This document shows positions 28,131-39,500 of a DNA stretch of 64,000 nt, in pieces. This DNA is from Antechinus flavipes (taxonomy: Eukaryota), in the NCBI RefSeq assembly GCF_016432865.1, contig NC_067402.1, positions 219,418,001 through 219,482,000 of the forward strand, read 5' to 3'. The position numbers and the translations under genes were made by a program. Position 1 is the stretch's first letter. Each line of letters starts with the position of its first letter. The notes under the pieces were generated by a model. It had not been told where the DNA came from. It did no database searches and saw only the letters and a program-made list of their open reading frames with translations.

Positions 28131-31100
28131 CTTTTCGACTGCTTCCTAAATTGGCAGAATAGGAGGATGACCTTCTTCTGGAGGAGTCCAGAATAGAAGT
28201 TGGGTTGGGGGGTACTGAAATTAAGATGCACAATAATATGGGTTACCCAGAAGTGAGATGTAGGGAGGATGTTAGTACCGGTAAATGTGTCTTCTTTCTT
28301 GGCCCTGCCCCACTAGGGGAAACCACTTCTCTACTCCTTCCTCCTCCCACCTCCTCTCTATGTTTAGCTGTTTCTCGGTCTCTGGTCCTTCCCATCTCTC
28401 TTGTACATCCCCCCACCCTGGTGGCTGTTCTCTTGGAAAGGGATCTCTTTTCTTGGAGATGGAGGCCAGCTCGTACTTGCATCTAGCCCCACCTTCCAAC
28501 TTTGTGGTGTCTTGCCTCTCCCCTCATTTACTTTACCGCCCCCCACCCCTCTTACCCCCCTCACCCCGCCCCCCTCAGTCCCAAGTTCACTCCAGGCCTC
28601 ACTGCCATGGGTAGGGCAACTACCTCTAGCACCCCTGAATCCAGGGGCGGAGGAGGACCAAAGACCACCGCCCTGCCCAGTAGAGCAGTAGCTCTACTCC
28701 TGGCTGTGCCCGAGGAAGAAGACAATGGACCCAGAGTGGGCAGGGCTGGGAAGAGCTTAACTAGTTCCCCAGAACTTCAAGGAAAAGGAGCTAGGGAGAC
28801 ACGGAGACGGGCGGGAGGCCTTATTATTCCCTGGCCGAACTTCTTGGGAAGCTCTAGTCCCAGCCTCTCCAACTCTAGGCAGTAGGCACTTAGGGGGAAA
28901 AAGAGTGAACTGAGTGCAGTCTGTTTTCTTTTCTTGTTATTGTATCTTTGGCGCCCCGCTGGGTGCCTGGAGCAAAATAAATGCTTATTGAATTGAATTA
29001 GATTGCAGAGAATGCAGCAAACTTTAGGAACTAGATTATGTTTCCTTCTAAAGGATCCCAGAGGGGAAGTTTATAGGACTGTCTTCTCTCATCTCAAGGC
29101 AAATTTGGTAAGGGAAAAGGAGGAGGCAGCGCCCCAGGAAGGCAGCTGAAGTCTGCAGGGGTAACCCTGGCAGTTTTCCTTCCTGTGGTAGCGAGAAACT
29201 TGTACTCATTCACCTCTCTGCTTCCCCCTCATACCCCAATCCAGCCTTTGCCTAGTGTTTGTCTATTCTGCACCTCAGCTTGTATCTCCCAGCCAGTCCT
29301 CTCTGGTTCCTGTGCCTCGTTCTCCTCCCCAACCCCTCTGTGTCTGGAATTGAAGCTCCTGGGGAGCTCAAAAGACTTAGAGCCTCCTGCTGCTGGGAAG
29401 AAAAAGGGCTATTTTCCACAGGGACTGTGGTATACCCGGACTTGGAGCCATTGTTTCCATTAGATCTAATGGATATCAATAGCTAATAAGACATAATGTC
29501 ACAGCTAATAGATCTGGTTGGATTAATGAACTTCCTTCATAAACACCAACCCTCCTCTTTCCCTACATGTAAAGGGAGTACCAACTGAAGAAAGGGACAG
29601 GGGAAAGTGAACAAGGGGCAGGCAGTTTCTTTCTTGTTCCAGGAGCCCAAAGTATCTCAGTTTAGAAGATGAAACTGAGGCTAGGGTGGAAAGAACCTGT
29701 ATGGTGCTAGGAGAATGGGAAAAGGGAGCTATTTAGTCCAGGAAGAATTAAACTCCAGTTAATTTCACCACACTATCACTCCCCAACATAGCAGAGAAGA
29801 CCCATTCTAAATTTTTCCATATCTCAAACTTGAGCACTCTTTTCAATTCCCCAACTGTGCTACTTTACCATCCTTGATCTCTACTTTCAATGTCCCCAGA
29901 GGATGAAAGGATCTAGAAATACTCAATCCAATCTGTCTCCCAAGGGGTACCCCAAACTTGTTTCAGGGAAGAGCGAGAAGACAGCATAGCCCTAATGAGT
30001 GAACTAGTGATTCATGCATTTAATTGTCTGCACTTGTTAAAGCCAATGTCCACCCAGCTCCCAACCAAATTTTTCCATTTTCCTCATAGACTTCAGATGG
30101 GTCAGAACTAATCCCAGGAACTGGAAGTGTCTAGGAACTACTACCAGAATATCTAGAAAATCCTGTAGATTTTGGGTTTGCTTTAAAATTTTTTTTTTTT
30201 TTTTTGGAAAGGGAAGGAAAAAAAATAAAGAGACTATGGGTGGTGTGTGCATGCAGAGATTGAGAATTATCAGTCCTGGATCTCATAAAAATCAATCAAC
30301 GACTACAACAGAATTTAGGAATTTGGATACATGGATTCCTCTGGCCCTGCCTCATCACAATTTTCTGATTAATTGTAATCTGGGCTAGTCCAAGCAAAAG
30401 TCTAGGTAGGGGCAGGGCAAGTCTGCTGCTTTCTTCATTATGTGACTCATCCTTCCCTCCCCTCCTCCTTCCCCAGACTCTCCAGGTTCAGCAAGGTAAG
30501 GAAAAGAGTCAGTCCCTCATGTATGTATGGAAGTCTAAAGTGACTTTAGGTATCTTTTAATCCAATTCCCCTTCACCTAATGTAGAATTGAGAAAACTGA
30601 GGTATGGAGATCAAATGACTTGCGTTTTAAGGTCATTTTCCAGCTGGTTAGTGGAGAGACTACAACCCTGTTTTCTGATCCAAGTCCAGTGTTATTCCTA
30701 TTCTACTACACTGCCTCTACATTTTAACTCTTATCTTAACACTTCTTTTGCCTAGGGCTACTAGTATTGAAAGAAATCAACTGTACGTTCAAAACATTTT
30801 CTAATTTAGTATTTTTCCTTAAAAAACACATTCAAGAAGTTTGAAACAAATTGTTACATGAAACAACGTATCTTAACCTTTAAGGAAGATTTCCAAGGCC
30901 ATGGAGGCTTTGAGCGCAGAAGGAAACATTGCAGAACACTGCAGAAGGGAACATTGGAAAAGGATGACTGGGAGCTAGGCCACCAGGGTCGAGAACAGCA
31001 GCAGCTCTGAGACCAGCTGGCAGGAGTCCTTAGGCCACTTAATGGACTTAAGTTTTGGTCTTCCCTAGCTGACAAATGGGTACCCCGGAGGCAAAGATTT

Positions 31101-31643
31101 AGATTAAGGATTTCTAAATCACTTCACCCTCAGGGAGCACCGGAGTAAAAGTTGGGGTTGAGTGCAATGATTTGCCTACCGGGCTAATTCTCCTACCGAA
31201 ATAGAGTAAGAACAGAGTATAGACCGAGAACAATAAATGCGGCAAGGGAAGGAGGGTGGGGTGAGATGGTGGACCGCCCGAAGTCACCGTGTGTAAAATC
31301 GGACCCAGATCTAGGAAGGAGGGATCGATTAGTCCAGAAGCACCACAGCTCTTCCAACCAAGGAAAACAGATACCCAGGTCCATTCCTCCCAGCCAGACA
31401 CTTCTGCTCCCCACTCAGGGTTGATTTTCCACTCCCTTCCTCCAAATATCCCCAACCTTCAATCCTTCCCCCCTTCTTTCCCCGCCTCCCCTCACAGCCT
31501 ACGATTCGTTCCAATCCTAAGGGTTTTTTTCTCCGACTGATCCCGCCATAGCAATTGGGAGACAGCCTGCAGGTTTTCACTCCCTGCCCCTCCTTCGGGG
31601 ATGAGGTGAGTGGGGGAGTTAATGAGGGGTTTATGGAGTTTAC

Positions 31644-31850
31644 CTTAAGGAGAGCGGAGCGGCGCGGGAGGGTGCTGCGGCGCCAGCGCTGGAGCAAGGA
31701 GCCAGAGCTATTGCCCGAGCTGGGTTTGGGGAGCCGGGCGGGGCGGGCTCTGCCTCCCGAGGGCCGCCCAGAGACTGACGACACAGCCTCCAGCTCCCGC
31801 CCTTCAGCCTAGCGGGACTCGCCCCTACCCCGATCTCCACTTCCCCCACC
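31644..31850 (-). other. DGKA: Candidate DGKA non-coding first exon in a CpG island
   Basis: CpG-rich block ending in donor TTAAG|GTAAAC (GT at 31643-31642). Upstream CCAAT plus TGACGTC at 32025-32035 and a GC box at about 32106. Start approximate. Confidence 0.45.
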
Positions 31851-33799
31851 CCCGTTCTCTCCCCATTCCCCAGCCCATGTCAAGGACCCAGCTGGTTTAC
31901 TGCTCTCAAACTAGATTCTCCCTGCCGTTTTGTTGGTCCCGATGATCTCATTGATTCTTACAACTCAAACCTCAGACCTTAGTAAATCCTCCTCCCCATT
32001 TTTTTCTCTTCAATGCTAGATCATCCAATGACGTCCCTTTCCACTTTCACCTTTTTCTGACCCTGACTGACTAGAGATTAAAGGAAGAGCTAAGGGGCTG
32101 AAAGGACCCCGCCCCACTCTGTGGTCCTTTTCCTTAAGGAGGCAGTATCTTATCCGAAATGGATAGTTTGGAAGAGTACTTGTGTCCAAATCGTAGCTTA
32201 ATGCCTGGGGTACTTTGAGGGTGCCTCAAGTCTCTTATCTGTAAAATGGGAGTCGAACCAAATGCCTCTTATATTCCCTTCTAGCTTTAAAACATCTTAT
32301 AATAGCTATGGCGATTTCCTCTCTTCCCCTAGTAATTTTCAAGTTCTCTGAGTCCATGGATTTCAATCCTCACCTGAGCACAACTAAAAAAAATCTCCAG
32401 ATCCTCATGCTTCCTCACACTGCACAGATTTCTAGATTTCTCAGATCCCAAGTGACACCATCTCATTATTCTGGAAACATTTCCATCCTTCACCTTCACT
32501 TTATTTTGTGGAATACAGGGATGTGTGTCTATGTGTACACAGTGTTCCCCTCTAATCCTTTTATTCCATTTCTACTTCCTGCCCCTCTTCTCTGCTACAC
32601 CAATCGAATGACTATCCATGCTTCACCAGAAATGGAAAATGAAAGCAAAAATATTGTGCTGCTCCTACCTCAGAACACAGAGTTTGAGAGGACTGGTTCT
32701 GTATCCCAGAAACAGAAGACTCAGTAGAGAAGACACTTTGGGACCCCTAGAGAGTGGGGTTAGAAGACTGAAAAAAAGTTAAAAACCTTTAGACTTTTAA
32801 GATTTGTCTTCTCTTTGGCCACATCTTATCTCCAATAACCAGGATTCCCTTTTTCTATTAAAGTGGAACAGAGTAACCCATGTTTCCTGGAATCTTTTCT
32901 CTCATACCTGCTTTGAGGTCTAAAGTGGGCGAGTTGTATAAACCAGCCTCTTCAAATGGGACGTCTCTCTTTTAATGGGATTGGAAAAAAGAGATATCCA
33001 AGATGTTTCTGTTTAGCCCCAATACAGACATGCTTGGGGGATCCTCCCTTATGTTCCCCAGAAAGGAAGCTGCTAAATAAGTAAAAAGGTTCTGCTAGGA
33101 AGAGGTTGCTGCTGGTTATCTTAGCTAAAGATCTGGGGCAGGTATCTGAGAGGCAAGGCTATGTAGTCTCTCTCTGCTCCCTCCCATTTTTAGAAAGAAT
33201 AAAAAATAATTCATTTTTTCCATAGCAAGCTTAAAGTCTTGAAAAACCCTCTCCTTATAATGCCCTACTGAGGAATGGGGTATTATTCTAGTTAATAGAT
33301 GATAAAACTAAGATTCACAGGTGAAATAACTTGCATTGGTTATACAGTTGTGTATAATTGAGAAAAATTTTACCCGATTTATTTTTAAATACTTTTAAAA
33401 TGTGATATATATATGTAATTTGTAATACTGTAAGAGGAAGTGGAGTAGCAAACAAGATAGAAATCCCACCCTAGAGTCAGGAATACTGGGGTCCAGTATC
33501 CCCGAGATTTCAACCCCTTTCAAGAGAGAGGCCAAGTCACTTCCTCTTTCAATGTGTAAGGCAACTGCATAAATTAGAGACCAATTGCCAAATCTGCATG
33601 GATAGAGAAGCTTCCCATACTGGGACTTTTCTGCAGCAATAAAATCACAGGTCAAAAAAAAAAAAAAATAAAAAAAACAACCCTTGGGCTGTTTCAACCC
33701 ATGAATGAGTTGAAATTTCTCTTTTTTTCCTACGTCCTTATATATCTTCTCCTTTCCCAGCAAAGAATATTCATTCAGATGCTGGAGTTGTATTGTAGG

Positions 33800-34370
33800 A
33801 AAAGCAGAGAATTTTGAATCAGAAGGCTCAGCTTTAGAATTCTAGCTATGTGCAATATATTTAAACTTTATGAGTCAGCTAGATAGAGCAGGGAGAGTAT
33901 GGGGCCTAGTCAGAAAGACTCATATACTTATTATCTCTATGAACTTGGGCAAATCAATTAACTTTTATTTGCCTCAGTTTCTTCATCTGTTAAATGGAGA
34001 TGATAATAGCAATTAGTTTCCAGGGTTTTTATGAGGATCAAATGAGATAGCTGTAAAGGGCTTAGCATAATGCCTGGCTCATAATTACTTTTGAGTAAAC
34101 TCAAAGTAACATTTATAAATGTTAGCTATTATTAGCAATGTGACCCTGGACAAGTCACTTGCCTCAGTTTCAACTGAAATATGTAGATATTAACAGTACC
34201 TACGTCATAGAATTGTGATATGGATCAAATAAGATATTTATAAAGCACTTGACACATAACAGGATCTATATAAAGTCACATTCCCTTTTCTTCCCTTCCC
34301 CTAGGAGACTCGAGTCCCTACCTATAAAATGGCAAAAGAATTATGTATATCACTTACTTTATAGGGTTGT
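33800..34370. mobile_element. Cluster of MIR-family SINE fragments
   Basis: Repeated cores such as GCCTCAGTTTCTTCATCTGTTAAATGGAGATGATAATAG and GTGACCCTGGACAAGTCACTTGCCTCAGTTTC. Confidence 0.75.
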
Positions 34371-36275
34371 GGGAGAGGCATTGTTTTGAAAGCGTCAAAT
34401 AGTGTAGAAGTATCATTCCTGATCTCACTCTACCCATATCCCATTCTGACATTCCCTTCCTAGGAGCAGAGCCTCAGAGTTTCCACTTTGGGAAACTACA
34501 GGTGATCTCAAGTGTGGGAAAGTAGGGTGAATGGCTCCCATTCCTTCCGTGGGAATTTAATTCATTCTGAGATGCTCAGAAAATTATCTTTGTGTAAACC
34601 TTTCTCCAGTCTTTATCTCCCATCCTACCCAGCCTCAGTAACTGTGTGGGAAATGGGTATAATCGATAGGCTCATTGCACCACGTCCCAGGTGCACATTT
34701 TCTCTTATCGGCCACATCACAAAATGGAGCGAGAAAAAGAAACCACAGCGAACAAAGGGAGGAAAAAACAACAGCCTCATTTCTACACCCACCCCCACTT
34801 CTCCCTCCCTCCCTCCTTCGGTGGGGACACGAGCCACACCCCAGTTCAGGCCAGGGTCTGCAAGTCCCCCAACGGGCTGTTAGACTCGCGAGTTTCACTT
34901 CCTGCCAGCCCCGAAGTTAGGGCAGGATGTTTGGGGGTGGAAAGAAGTACAAGAGGAGGGGCCGTAAACTCGAGCTAGGACAGGCCCGGAGGGGAACTGT
35001 TGTAGGTCTCCTGAGTTTCCCTTTTACAAACACCGAACTGAAAGGGTAACCCCAGCCTGAGGAGACCATGCCAAGCGTAGTTGCCAAAGAGCCACAGAGC
35101 CCTACTAGTTTTTCTAGTTTCCCCCCAGTCTCAAGCACAAAGGCAATTACGGAAGTGGCTGTGTGTGTGGAAGGAGAGGAGGAGAGAGAGGAAAGTTTAG
35201 GAGGGAGAGGACTGGGGGAAGGAATGCATACATTTTAATAGTTGAAAATTAAATGCAAAACACTATTCAAATGGATCTCTTACTCCACCGTTGTTTTAGA
35301 GGGCAGCCGAAGATCGATGGGAAAAGGAAGCGACTGATTTGTTAGGTTGGGACCTTTCAGAGTGGGATTTCTAAGTCACGGAATGACATTCGGTTTGGGG
35401 AAAAAAAGGCTTCCAAGCGATTTAGTCCCAGCCCGAACGCCTTTCGTCCTCCCCCGGCAGGGAGATTCTTGGGCGTTAGCCTTAGACAAAGCAGGATAAA
35501 GCAGAAACAATTTCTGTGGTAAAGTGCTACATATATGTCAGCAATCTGCAGACAATGAGGGGTGGGCTGGGGTGGGGCGTGATGAGGGAAGGACGAGGGA
35601 AAAACGGAGCCCGGGAAAGAGAAGCTAGTAGCCCGGCGCCTCCCAGCCTCCGGGGGAGCAAGCCTCGGAAAAGAGCCGAGGGAACAACGCGGTTGAGGGC
35701 GGGAAGATTTGCAGTTGGTAAAAGGGGAGGGGAGAAGGGCAGAAATGGGGAGTGCAGGAAAGGCTGTAGGGTCAAGCCCAGCCCCTCCGATCACGCCCCT
35801 CCCTCCTTCCCTCAGTCTCTTTCTTCCAGCACCCTCGGGGTAGAGCCGTAGACCGAGAGGTGGGAATGTTTTGCAGAGAAAGAAACTGAGGCGGGAAGGG
35901 GAGGATTGGGGGCGGGGAGGAGAGGCCTACGCCGGAAGGGAGAGTAGAGGTCAAGGAGCCCGCCCCTCCGGTGAGATTAATCCAAGGTCACCAGGGGAAG
36001 GAGGAGCAGTCAGGATTTGAACCAAGATCTTCGGCCTCGGCCGAGCCGGGGAAGCTCGTGGCAGGGGCCTTGCGCGGGGCCCCGGAGCTAAAGGCCAGCC
36101 GCGAGGATCTCGGCACCCCGGCTTTCTCCTCCCAGGAGAAACGGCCTCAGGCCTCTTGTTTCATTCATTCTACAGACTGATCGAGCTCTGTCTCTGTGGG
36201 GCGCGCACGCCGACTGCTCGGGCCTGCAGCGTCTCCCTTCCTTCCTTCCGCTTTTGCGGGACCGCCCGACCAGGG

Positions 36276-36318
36276 ATGTCGTCCAGCCGCCAGCCCGTTC
36301 CCGAAGACGAGCTGAAAG
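36276..36318 (+). CDS. PYM1: Candidate alternative first coding exon of PYM1 (MSSSRQPVPEDELK-G)
   Basis: GGGATGT start, 43 nt, phase-1 donor AAG|GTACGG compatible with exon 2. Confidence 0.4.
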
Positions 36319-36531
36319 GTACGGTCCCTTCTTAGTAATTCTCCCCCCTCCCCCCCCCTCCACTTCGTTTCCTCGGCCCTCTCTTAGCCCCGGGCATGAA
36401 ATCCAAGGACGCTCTGTCTCTTTAAGACGAAAATGGCAGCTCGCGACAAGCCCCGACTCCACTTCCGGTGGAGAAGGGGGCGGGTCTTGGGGGGGGTGTC
36501 CCTCACGCCGGAAGTGGTTCTCGTTTCCAAG

Positions 36532-36565
36532 ATGGCGACTCCCTATGTAACTGACGAGACCGGCG
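36532..36565 (+). CDS. PYM1: PYM1 exon 1 coding part
   Basis: [11 protein letters not shown], donor G|GTGAGT. Confidence 0.92.
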
Positions 36566-39500
36566 GTGAGTGCGGGCGGTGCAGTGTCTCCTCTCCCCGG
36601 GCTTCTGGGGGGTGGGGGTAGAGGTGGAGGGCGGACTTGGAAGGGACCTGCGCCCCGCCCATCCCGGGGCCCCTCCCCTGTTCCCGCCCCCCCGGACCGC
36701 CTACCCCATTCATTCGCTCCTTCGGGGCTGCACCTGCGCCCCCTTCCGGTCTTGTGGCGCTGGGGTCCCACTGCTTCCGGTCACCCAAACTCTAGGCTAG
36801 GGTCTCTGCTGGCCAGGGTTAGTCCCCGGGCCTCCGCTGACCCCTGGGAGTGTCCACTTTGACCCCGTCAGCCCGCGGAGCTCTGTTATGTCCCTTCCAA
36901 TTCCTGCCCCCCGCCCCCTCAAGCTTCAATCCCCCCCTTTCCCCTCACTCTTAGGTGTGAAGGATCGGGAAGAACTCTTCCCCTCCTGACTTCCCTTTAC
37001 CGACTCTGAGCTTTTTCTTCGGAGACCCAATCGCCAGTTTCAGCAAGTCCTCTACTTTCCCGGGGAAACTGTCAGCCTGGGCAGGGGAAGGGATCAAGTC
37101 AATAAGCACTTAACTAAGTTCGCACCGTGTGCCAGGCACTATGCTAAGAGCAGAACACAAGGGTCCTCGAACTCAGCCTGGTAACCAAACTACTAAAGTC
37201 ACCCATCCTCAGCTTTCCGGCTCACTTAAGTTGTGGAAAAGAATTGTATGAAGGCCTGTTGGGGTCAGGCCCCGACAGCCTGGTGCTAAGATGAGGTCCT
37301 GGGAAAAGTTAGATAGGGAAAGTGAGGTCTCCTCCTTAAATGCTTCTGGTACTGGTAACCCATTCTGCCCAGGGACTCCAGGGAAAAAATTTCTAGTCTA
37401 GTTATCAAAACAGACATATAGAAAATATGTGTAGGGTACATGTTGTGTATGTGTGTTTCCATGTAGAGCAAACATTGTATAAGTCATGAAATCATACTGG
37501 ATACATTATAAAGTTATCTAACCTTAACTGAGCTTTTGTTGCTGTCATCTTTGACTCCCTATAGTAACTATTCCAAACTTTGTTTTAAAGCCTTCAACCC
37601 CAGATGTACTCTTTGTCAATGTATAACCTCCATTCCCCCTATATTGAGACTGTGAACGCTGTCATCCTCTTTTCTTAGAATTTCATCTATCTTTTTCTCC
37701 TTTGCTGTAGTCTTAGCATGGCTAACCCTTTCTTTTGTGCCTAATACCATTCCTTTCTAACTCCTTTGGGAGTTTCCCTATTATTTTCTCTTTATATGGC
37801 TGTATCTTGATAGAAAATATCTCCAGGTTTCCTTGTTGTTTAAAGAATCTGCCTTTTGTTCTGCCAATCCCTCACACTATTTCCTATTTCTCTGTTCCCT
37901 CTTTTAGCTAACATATAAGAATGAGTAGTCCCTCTTGGATGCTTCCACTTATCACTTCTGTTTCACTCAGCTTCTTTCAGTCTATGTTCCAACCCCATCA
38001 TTCCATTAAAACTGTCCAGTGTTTTGGGTTTTTTTTAATCATCAAATTCAGTGGTCATTTTCCCATTTTCCTCCTTCTTGACCTTTCTGCTATATTCACT
38101 ACTTTGTAATTTACCTTTCCTAGATGCTATTATATCGCTTATCTTCATTGATACTGCTCTGTTGGGGTTCTCTTATTCTCTCTTTTGTCCTTTGCTCTGT
38201 TCTTTGCTGATTCATCCCTAAGAATGTCCTAGGTTCCTTTAAAACTGAACTCAACATCTCCCATCAAATTTGTCCTTCTTCTAGACTTTCTGATTTCTGA
38301 AGATGCCACTTCCCTGGATCCTTGACAACCCCAATTTAAGACCTCTGAATTTCCTTGATGTTTTTGCCTCTCTTCCATTCCCAAGGTCCAGGCAGTTGCC
38401 CATTTCTATAGGTTCTTCATCTCTCTTCTGTCCCATTTTCATCTTGCCATTACCCTGATTCATTTCTTCATCACTTTTTCCCTCCTGAAGTCCTTTGTAA
38501 TAATCTGAATGGTTTCCTTACATCCTTCTGATTTCTCCTTTCACTAGCCCATCCTTCTGGCAGTTGTCAAAATAAGTTTCCTAAATCACAAATTTGATTT
38601 TATCTCTTTTTTACTCAAAAAATCTTGTGACCTCTCTATTGTTTTTGAGATTAAATACAGATTCCTCCTCTGCTTGCCATTCCATGTCCTCTCCAATCTA
38701 TTCCAATCTATATTTTCAGCCTTATTTTACCTTATTCCCTTTTATGCCTTATGAAGCTGAATTATGACCAGTTTATCTCCATGGTTTACACAAACCCTCC
38801 ACCATTCTTAAAAAACACTGCTTCTTCATTTCTTCTTCTCTGAATCCTTTCTTCAAGATTCAGCTCAGGTGTTACCTTTAAAGAAGCTTGGATTGTGCCT
38901 CTTCTCTCTACTACTCCCCTCCTCCCAGCTAGAAGTGTTACTTCTGTTTTCATTTAAAAACATTTGACTGGATCTCTTTTCCCCATCACAACTCACCTTT
39001 TATTATAAGTAGCTGTATGTTCTTCCTATGTATGCTATAGGATCCCCTTATTTATACTATTTAAGTGTCTTTGTATATATTGTAGCCTTCCTACTTCTAA
39101 CACCAATAGAATGGAAACTTCTTAAGGAACAGTTACATATAAATCTTTGTATCCTCAGAGTCTAGCATAATTCCTTGGTTATAACATGCTTAAAATATCT
39201 GTGATGTGCAATGGAATTGTATGTTGTGTGCTTATATGAAGCATCCATACCGTGTCTTTAAGATGTTCCAAATATGCTTCTTGGCTTGCAGCATAGTAAT
39301 CCTTTTATTCTCTTATTGTTTCCCTATCTCGTCCTCCACAACAGCTTTTCCAAAATGTTTCCTCTCTTAAGCTGGCATAGAGGTATCTCCATCTTCGTAT
39401 TCCTGGCAGATGACTTGGGTTGATGCTACCCAGAAAAGACCCAGGCCCTTAGCTGTCCGCTACCACACTTAAAAACGCGATAGGGTCTTCTCCTGTTGCC

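Larger units (their letters stand above)
34600..37100. promoter_or_regulatory. CpG-rich PYM1 promoter region (ETS and YY1 motifs)
   Basis: High CpG density; CCGGAAGTG at about 36508, ACTTCCGG at about 36461, YY1-type AAGATGGCG at 36529-36537 overlapping the ATG. Confidence 0.7.

Noticed and set aside
31329-31849. Several ORFs in the DGKA CpG island
   Set aside because: GC-rich promoter and 5' UTR sequence; the DGKA coding start is at 28130.
36088-36771. 227-aa minus-strand ORF in the PYM1 CpG island
   Set aside because: Gly/Arg/Pro-rich composition typical of stop-poor GC islands; no homology recognised.
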